DNA of 63,999 bases, the filler included, from Stramenopiles sp. TOSAG23-3 (Eukaryota): assembly GCA_900128585.1 (NCBI GenBank). It is 3 parts of 3 records of this genome, joined end to end, with 100 filler letters (N's around TTAATTAATTAA, not from the genome) between each part and the next. Parts side by side here need not be neighbours in the genome. Positions count along the whole stretch, not along the records: positions 43,086 to 63,999 come from LT642365.1; 2 more parts are not named here. The stretch is one strand, 5' to 3'. Under the pieces are notes generated by a model, which did not search any database, was not told the DNA's origin, and worked only from the letters and a program-made list of their open reading frames with translations. Shown one piece after another: positions 57,177 through 63,999 of the stretch. Within the stretch, counting starts at the first letter, position 1. Every line of letters begins with the position of its first letter. The translations under genes were made by a program, and so were the position numbers.

Positions 57177-58676
57177 ATGCGTACTGCAGTCGCAAGAATT
57201 TTCGCGTTTCAAAACTCTAGAATTGGAGCACCTTCGGTTCGAACTGCGAATAGGGTCCTTATGTCAACCGTTAGTGTTATTGGTACTCAGCTCGAATGTG
57301 CTGGGTGTGGACATATAGAGGATGGGCTCGCGAATATTTTGTTTAAATGCCCGAATAGCGAGAGCAGCCCTGAGTGCGACCACGTGTTGGCACCCAAAAC
57401 CCCTGGAAAGGACTGTACTGCAACTTTGCAGAACGGGTGCACGTTCCCTGCAGAGGAGATCAACGAAATACCCTTCCTGCGGTACCGTGCTTTGCTATAC
57501 CCTTACCGCATTGCAATCGCAAAGGGGATGTCGGATGAAGTGTACGTGAACATTATCCAGGACTTGAACAACGAGCTAGTCGCCGTTGGTGGCACCGGCT
57601 TTACCGAAACGCCGCTGCTGTGGAACAACGAGCTGAACAGTTTCGTAAAAAATGAGACTCTCAATGTGGCCCAGTCCCACAAAGCCCGTCACCTGTTTAA
57701 CCTGATGTCCTATTTGCTTGTCATGTCTTATGGGGAACAGGGTGTGGGGGGCGGGTTGCGCAATAGACGGTTGGCCGTAGCCAGCTGTGGCAATGCTGGC
57801 TTGGCGGCGGCGACCGTTGCCGCCGCTGCAAAATGGCCCATTGACGTTTGCATCCCCCCAGATGCCGAGCCCGCCGTCGTTGAACAGCTCCATCATTTGG
57901 GAGCTAGCGTGCACATTTGTCGCCGTGATGCAGATTTTGTCGAGACTAGCCTTGGCAAAATATCGTCAAAGGGCGAGGCCGACCCCACGCTTGCAGTATT
58001 TAAGAATTTAGTAAAAGACCATGGAAGCATCCCTTTCAGTGTCCAAGGCTCCGAATGTGGGTTAGGGGTCGAGGGATCCCAGACAATTGCATGGGAGGTG
58101 CTGGAAGCAATGCAGCGGGACTTTCATGATTCCAAGTCGCCCGTGGAAAACTCTACGATAGAGAACGTTTTCATCCAAGTGGGCGGGGGGGCTCTGGGCT
58201 CTGGGATGATTCAGGGGTTCCAGCGTGCGTTGGATGGGGAGCTAGAACAAGTGAATCCCACCCTTGGGTCGAATGTAATCAGGTCGTTGCCGAAACTCTT
58301 TTGTATTCAGCCGGTAGGGTGCGGGCCGTTGAAGCGAGCACTTGACGAAATGAAAAAGAACGACATTACCAACGGCAAAACGGCAGCAAAAGACAGGGCA
58401 ACGTACATGTACCCCTGGGAAAATCCTCACTCCATAGCGCATGGTATTTTGGACGATGAAACCTACGATTGGTTGTCCTTGGTGGACGGAATGATTTCGA
58501 CGGAGGGGGGGGCTTTGCTTGTGGACGATGACAGTATTTGTGAGGCAAAGAAATTCGCTGAGGAACAGTTCGGTTTGAACCCTTGCCATACTGGTTCGGC
58601 TGGGTTGGCGGGTTTGATGAAGAACCGAAAGGAGGGGGTCAGTTTGGTAGTATTAAGTGGCCTTGATCGATCGTAA
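57177..58676 (+). CDS. Threonine-synthase-like PLP-dependent enzyme (fold type II) with presequence
   Basis: N-terminal CAGC...CPN...DH putative Zn site; TPLLW; PLP-lysine motif KNETLNVAQSHKARH; ASCGNAG; QVGGGALGSG; GSAGLAG; VLSG. The ATG at 57177 starts an Arg/Ser/Ala-rich leader with no acidic residues. Confidence 0.8.
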   Translation: MRTAVARIFAFQNSRIGAPSVRTANRVLMSTVSVIGTQLECAGCGHIEDGLANILFKCPNSESSPECDHVLAPKTPGKDCTATLQNGCTFPAEEINEIPFLRYRALLYPYRIAIAKGMSDEVYVNIIQDLNNELVAVGGTGFTETPLLWNNELNSFVKNETLNVAQSHKARHLFNLMSYLLVMSYGEQGVGGGLRNRRLAVASCGNAGLAAATVAAAAKWPIDVCIPPDAEPAVVEQLHHLGASVHICRRDADFVETSLGKISSKGEADPTLAVFKNLVKDHGSIPFSVQGSECGLGVEGSQTIAWEVLEAMQRDFHDSKSPVENSTIENVFIQVGGGALGSGMIQGFQRALDGELEQVNPTLGSNVIRSLPKLFCIQPVGCGPLKRALDEMKKNDITNGKTAAKDRATYMYPWENPHSIAHGILDDETYDWLSLVDGMISTEGGALLVDDDSICEAKKFAEEQFGLNPCHTGSAGLAGLMKNRKEGVSLVVLSGLDRS

Positions 58677-59976
58677 CGCATCGCTAGCTTTTTAAAAGTT
58701 TATAATTAATACGCTGTAGCATGTAAATACAATTAAGGAGATTTAGGAATAATAGTTTTATCCTTTTCCGCAGTATTGAGTATTGTGCACATTACGGAGA
58801 AAGGTGGGGCAAGGCCACAGTAAGAGTATGTAATAAGTACGGTACCAATAAGGCCGGTGTAATAAATAGAAAGAAGGGACACTGTCCTTATTATACTGTA
58901 AATTTTATATCCATCAAGGGCCAAAAAAATAGAAGAATAATAATAAAATAATAATAATACAGTATATAATACAACAAAAACAAAATATTGAAGAAGAACA
59001 ATAACCACGAACGGGTGGTGCTGGTGCCATGTAAACTGTAAACCATAAAAAAAAGATTCATTTTTTCTGCTGATGGAAGCCAAACGTAAGGTATTGTATA
59101 CATTATTACGTATATATATATAGATAGGGAGAGGAAGTCTATATGCTGTGTGTATATTTATGGAGAAATACGTGTCGTTTCGCGAATAAAGTGCATGCGC
59201 CTTAATAATTGTGGCTTATTTCGCCCACGGGTTCAATTTTTCAATTTTCGTTCTTTACCCCTTTCCTTCCCCTATTTTTATCCCAGTTAAAATGATGCTG
59301 AATTATAAATAAGGTTTAAATAAGATTAAAACTAGTTTCTTCTCTCTTCATTATACAACATATCCTTAATAAAGAAAGAGAAGCTTATCGAAAACAATTG
59401 AATCCTTTTTGAGTTTATTTCAGTTCTATTTATATGTATGCACGTCAGATACACCTTCCTTATTAAAATAGATAGGGTCAATACTCCTAGTGTACTTTAA
59501 TGGTGGTAGTCTAATGATGAACGGATGGGTGGTGGATTTTGTGGTTGTTGTGTTCGATCAGTGTTCGTTAATTTATTAAAATAATATACAAAACAGCATG
59601 AAAGTACCCTGGTACGGTAGTGTTATTATTTATATATAGCTAGATAGGAGGAGGGGGGCTACCACCACCAAATAATAATAAAATTAAAAAAAAATAAAAA
59701 AAATTTTTTTTTAAATAATAATAATAAAATTATACAACACAACAGTACCGGAGTGGAACCCGTACCTTGTAGTAGAAATAATAATGCTTCTGCTTTTTTT
59801 CCCTTTTTTTCCACCATTTACTTTGTGAATGTTATAATGGTATATCTAAACAAAATTTACATGTTTCACCTGGACAGCGAGGAGAAATTGTCTTTTTTAA
59901 GAAATACATACCAATCCTAAGTACCAAAAAGTTCAAACTCACAAATACTTACCAGCAACAACTTTCCGCACGAGGT

Positions 59977-62565
59977 ATGAACAGTTTCCTTCAAAAGGCA
60001 TGTCGAGCGTCGGGAAAGAAGGGCCGTTTGGGTAGCATCGCGCGTATCCCCAGAACGGGGTCCTCGGGCGCGTCCATTCGGTTTACCTCTGTGTCAAATG
60101 CTGCAAGATCAATCGGTCAGCTTGAGCCGGTGTCCTACCTCGAAACAACCTTCTCGCTGGAAGAACTGCAGAACACTAAATATACGGGCTATGACGTGTG
60201 CGACAGCAGCCCAATTTGCCACGACGTAGGAAATACCCCATTGGTGCACTTGGAAGACGAAATATATGCCAAACTAGAAGGGCACAATCCAGGGGGAAGC
60301 TTGAAGGACCGAACCATTTCGTCCATACTGCTCCACATGTTTGAAGAAAAAAAGTTGCGGCCGTCTGGGGAGACCATTTGCCTCGTTACGTCAGGCAGTG
60401 CAGGTGTCTCGCTCCGAAAGGTTCAGCAGGACTTGACGAAACTTGGATTGCTTGACTTCAACGTCGTCGTAGTAATACCAAAAGCGTACTGCAGCAAGAC
60501 TGCCCCGAGCGCATTGGCATCGAAAGTGCCGGGCAGTATTTTTGAGGACGTGGGCGGGCGACAGGCGCAAGTTGCCGTCGAGGACGACAATAAGCCTCGG
60601 AACCGCTTTGACCTGATATTTGCGGACGGTGTGTTCATAGACGTCTTGGCAGAGTACGAAGCCCACGCCAAGGAGTTGGGCTGGAGCATGTTGGAACAGC
60701 ACTACGATGCAAACTCGATGAAGGGTCACCGCAGCACTGCGAAAGAGATCATGATGCAGTGCCCAGATGTGACTGACATCATCGTTTCGACCGGAACAGG
60801 GGCCACGGCGGCCGGCCTTCGAAATTTCATGCCTGACCACGTCCGAGTCCACTCGCGCCCAGCAGAGTCTGGGACGATCGATGGACTCACGAACGTGCAA
60901 CGCTACAACAATTTTTGTGATTCCTCCCGTCTGGTAGGATATAATGACTGTGTCTTTGACAAAGCGCATGCGGAGGACGCTCAGAAAGACTTGGAGGAGA
61001 AAGGAATCGTTGCTGGACCAAGCAGTGGCGCTACCTTGTGGTTGGCCCGCCAGCTTTCGCGTGAAAGAGTGGAGGAAAAAAGAAAATTTTTGGTCATTTG
61101 TGCGGACGGTAAACTTGAGGAAACGTCAAAATCCAGCAACGGGCCGCAGCACGCCCGTAGGTCTCAAGGCCTTTTGAGCAGCTGTGGACTCCAAAATCGG
61201 TCGCATGCAAGAATGTACTCTACTTCCCGAGCCGCATTTAGTGAACCGAGCGTCCCAGTGAAAGATTATATAGTAGTAGGTGGTGGCCCCGTCGGAGCCT
61301 CGACGGCATGGTTTCTGTCCGAAAAGGAAGTAGAAAACGAAAAGTCTATTTTGCTTATTCACGACCCCAAGAACAAGGGTGCGCACGAGGACTGGAGCCG
61401 CCTTGCGCGACTGTCTTTTGATGGCCCCATCGAAGAGATGGAGTTGTCGCGGCATGCTGTAGAATTGTTAGACTTGCTTGACGAAGTGCAGAGCATGAAT
61501 AGTGGTGCGCCAATCGTGCCGTTGCGGCCTGGAATGTTGTTTTTGGCCTCCCCTGGAACCAACATGGCTCGAGTGTGCGCGCACGGCGAGTCGTACGGGG
61601 ACAAATCGTTTGTCCCCGTAGACCCGAAAGATTTGGAGAGCTTGTTCCCTGGAAATAAATTTAGCCTTCCCCCAGATACCCTCTGCTGGACCCATCCGAC
61701 TGGGCTGTGCGTGTCTCCGTTGGAATTGGCCTCTGCAGCAAGAAAAACTGCTGAGGCGTATGGTGCGGAAATCATTGAAGGGCGTGCAACTATCGATGCG
61801 CTTCCTAGGTCCGAAGACAAAGTCAGGGTCACACTAGAGGATGGACGGGTCTTTGACACTCCAAAATGTTTCCTGTTCGCGGGAGCCCAAAACAAGACGA
61901 TTTTGAAGAATGCCATAGAGCGGGATCCCGCAGCAAATGCGGTCCTGGGCATACCAGAGTTCGACGAGACGTACATCACCGCGATCTCCACCATTCGATA
62001 CAAGCATGTGAATCACCCTGCCAACCCAGCGCCTGGGTCTGGGCATGTCCCCACTCCGATAACTCTTGGGCAATTGGAAATTCCCGGTTTGATTGATTTT
62101 CAGGCTAACTTTAGTATAGTAGCCGAAGAGTACGGCGATGTCTTGAAGACGCGTCTTTCTGGGTCAATCGGTAGCGAAACGATAGAGTCTGTTGCAGACA
62201 TGCACAACATTGGAGATGATCAAAATGCTGAAATGGCAGAGACATACCAAAACTTTTTTGGGAACCTTTTTCCGTTTTTGGACACGGAAGAACCACTCGA
62301 CTTCAACCGTTGCGTAACGTACAGAAACCACAACCCGAATTTTAGTGGCACGAGTATTCTTGAAAAGAAAGTCGGCGGCGCGTCCATTTTGACCACACCT
62401 GGTTGCTTTGGTGTAGGGGTTAAGTTTGGGCCGGCGCTCGGAGAAGCTGCCACTGCGCACGTGTTAAATAATGAAGTTCAAACGGGGATGAATGTGTTTC
62501 AATCAGGGTCGAAAGAATTGGAAACTGCAGACGAAGATGCAGACCGTGTTGAACGGGCCTGGTGA
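59977..62565 (+). CDS. Fusion of a cysteine-synthase-like PLP enzyme and a sarcosine-oxidase/DAO-family FAD oxidoreductase
   Basis: N-half: VGNTPLV, YAKLEGHNPGGSLKDR, TSGSAG, STGTGAT, AGPSSGA, ICADG. C-half: DYIVVGGGPVGASTAWFLS (FAD Rossmann fold), HEDWSRLAR, GVGVKFGPALGE. One uninterrupted 862-aa ORF. Confidence 0.85.
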   Translation: MNSFLQKACRASGKKGRLGSIARIPRTGSSGASIRFTSVSNAARSIGQLEPVSYLETTFSLEELQNTKYTGYDVCDSSPICHDVGNTPLVHLEDEIYAKLEGHNPGGSLKDRTISSILLHMFEEKKLRPSGETICLVTSGSAGVSLRKVQQDLTKLGLLDFNVVVVIPKAYCSKTAPSALASKVPGSIFEDVGGRQAQVAVEDDNKPRNRFDLIFADGVFIDVLAEYEAHAKELGWSMLEQHYDANSMKGHRSTAKEIMMQCPDVTDIIVSTGTGATAAGLRNFMPDHVRVHSRPAESGTIDGLTNVQRYNNFCDSSRLVGYNDCVFDKAHAEDAQKDLEEKGIVAGPSSGATLWLARQLSRERVEEKRKFLVICADGKLEETSKSSNGPQHARRSQGLLSSCGLQNRSHARMYSTSRAAFSEPSVPVKDYIVVGGGPVGASTAWFLSEKEVENEKSILLIHDPKNKGAHEDWSRLARLSFDGPIEEMELSRHAVELLDLLDEVQSMNSGAPIVPLRPGMLFLASPGTNMARVCAHGESYGDKSFVPVDPKDLESLFPGNKFSLPPDTLCWTHPTGLCVSPLELASAARKTAEAYGAEIIEGRATIDALPRSEDKVRVTLEDGRVFDTPKCFLFAGAQNKTILKNAIERDPAANAVLGIPEFDETYITAISTIRYKHVNHPANPAPGSGHVPTPITLGQLEIPGLIDFQANFSIVAEEYGDVLKTRLSGSIGSETIESVADMHNIGDDQNAEMAETYQNFFGNLFPFLDTEEPLDFNRCVTYRNHNPNFSGTSILEKKVGGASILTTPGCFGVGVKFGPALGEAATAHVLNNEVQTGMNVFQSGSKELETADEDADRVERAW

Positions 62566-62752
62566 TGAAGAAAAAGCGACAGGAAAGGGAGATACAAGAA
62601 GTAAGAATTCTTTTTTAAGAATTCCTAAATAACTTATTTATGTTTTTTAAAATTGGAAATTAGGAATACATGCCTATTAAACTTGTTTCCAAAGAAGTAA
62701 ATGTATGACATTAGGAGAAATTTGGCTTTTCTTTTTTCCTCTTTTTGCCAGT

Positions 62753-63283
62753 TCACTCTTTCAAACGAACAATGCATTCAACGGTGACTGCCGCTGGCAA
62801 CGACCCTGCACCTGTGCAAGTGCGTGCGTGCCTTCCTCTATCGCCGAGGCATTCTACGAGCATGTCCGATGCACCGTTAATTACCTTTCCGTGCCCAATA
62901 AAGTCCGGAGTCCCATTGACAATTCCGACTACTTTTACCATTTGTTCGACCTTGTCTAAGTCACCGTCACAATAGTGAGAAATCGTAGAAAGCAAACGAA
63001 GTGCGGCCTGACCCGCTAGTTTCTCAGCTTCTTCTGGAGTAACAGCAGCGTCAGCTCCCTCGCCAACTTTGCCGCGCACTGTTTGTGCATTTTCATCCTG
63101 TCCTACGTGATCTCCAATATACAACAAGTTTCCATGTCTTTGCCCTTTAACGTAGGACCAGACCGCATCCTGGTACTCTGGCAATACAATCCCCTTCAGT
63201 TTCATTAGCTTTTCTGTGTGAACCAGACGCCTGGAAGAGCCAGAGAGCAGCTTCGCGCCTACCTTGAGACTGCGTGTAAGCAT
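62753..63283 (-). CDS. Rid/YjgF/UK114-family protein (long Atu1372-like subtype) with presequence
   Basis: SYVKGQRHGNLLYIG, GKVG, GDLDKVEQMVKVVGIVN, VINGASD...GRHARTCTGAGSLP. Leader MLTRSLKVGAKLLSGSSRRLVH. Confidence 0.9.
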   Translation of the reverse strand: MLTRSLKVGAKLLSGSSRRLVHTEKLMKLKGIVLPEYQDAVWSYVKGQRHGNLLYIGDHVGQDENAQTVRGKVGEGADAAVTPEEAEKLAGQAALRLLSTISHYCDGDLDKVEQMVKVVGIVNGTPDFIGHGKVINGASDMLVECLGDRGRHARTCTGAGSLPAAVTVECIVRLKE

Positions 63284-63843
63284 TTTAAACGATTGACAAT
63301 TCGGATGGTTCGTGGCACAATTAGTTGTGTTTTATAAGTCTTCCCTTTTGGTCGCTTGTTCTTCTTTTGCTAAAACAAACAATTGGGCATGAACAGTTGT
63401 AGGGCGAAAGGGTTGGGCCGATCGATACTATTTAACAATAATACGCTAACAATCATGATCTAAAATTTCGCAATTATTTTTATTATTATTATTATTAGTC
63501 TATATTTTAATAATAATAATAAAAAATAATAATAATATTATTATACCAAGTAATAATCATATTCTCTGCTGCTGTGTACATATTATTTTTATTTCTATAA
63601 TAATATATTAATTATTTTTTTTTTTTAATTATTACTGTACTAGACCTACTGTATTATTTTTTTTTATTTATAAAATAATAAGAAGAAGAAGAAGAAGAAG
63701 AAGAACGAATTTTTTTGTTCCTAATTGTTTAACCCTAATTATAACCATATAAATATTCCCCCCTTCTTCTAGCAACCACAAATTCGTTTAGTTCGAAGAA
63801 AAAATAATTAAATACCAATACAGCATTGTATAAATAACATTGA

Positions 63844-63999
63844 GTTCTAAAGGAACAGCAATACAAGGAAGGGAACAAGAGAAGGATCCCTTGTCTCGCA
63901 CTTCCTCCGATTCCTCCCTTTCGCGGCCATGCATCCATAGCCTACAGGCGTAAAGCCTACGTATTGGGTGGCAGGGCGCGCACGATTACGGACATCCCG
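63844..63999 (+). CDS. Possible partial Kelch-repeat coding segment running off the window
   Basis: My translation reads ...PPIPPFRGHASIAYRRKAYVLGGRARTITDIP, which is Kelch-like (R.GH....Y..K.YV.GG). No in-frame ATG precedes it, so it would need an upstream exon. Confidence 0.35.

Overview
Gene-dense, intron-poor eukaryotic DNA. Evidence: gamma-tubulin, eS27, two clear GT-AG introns with CTAAC branch points, and AT-rich low-complexity intergenic spacers. A flagellated protist such as a stramenopile is plausible but not proven. The window is three contigs joined by artificial N/TTAATTAATTAA spacers (21460-21559, 42986-43085) and holds about 25 genes that mostly alternate in strand. Highlights: (1) a candidate mitochondrial amino-acid metabolic gene cluster at 57.2-63.3 kb, made of a threonine-synthase-like PLP enzyme, a cysteine-synthase-like/sarcosine-oxidase-like fusion and a Rid-family imine deaminase; (2) a presequence-like internal linker in that fusion, suggesting a polyprotein processed after import; (3) two unexplained, highly base-paired RNA-like elements between MCCC1 and RPS27; (4) a dispersed repeat, AAAACAAGAAAATTGGCTGTTATTT, seen only in convergent (3'-3') intergenic regions. 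All family calls come from motif recognition by eye; no searches or folding programs were run.
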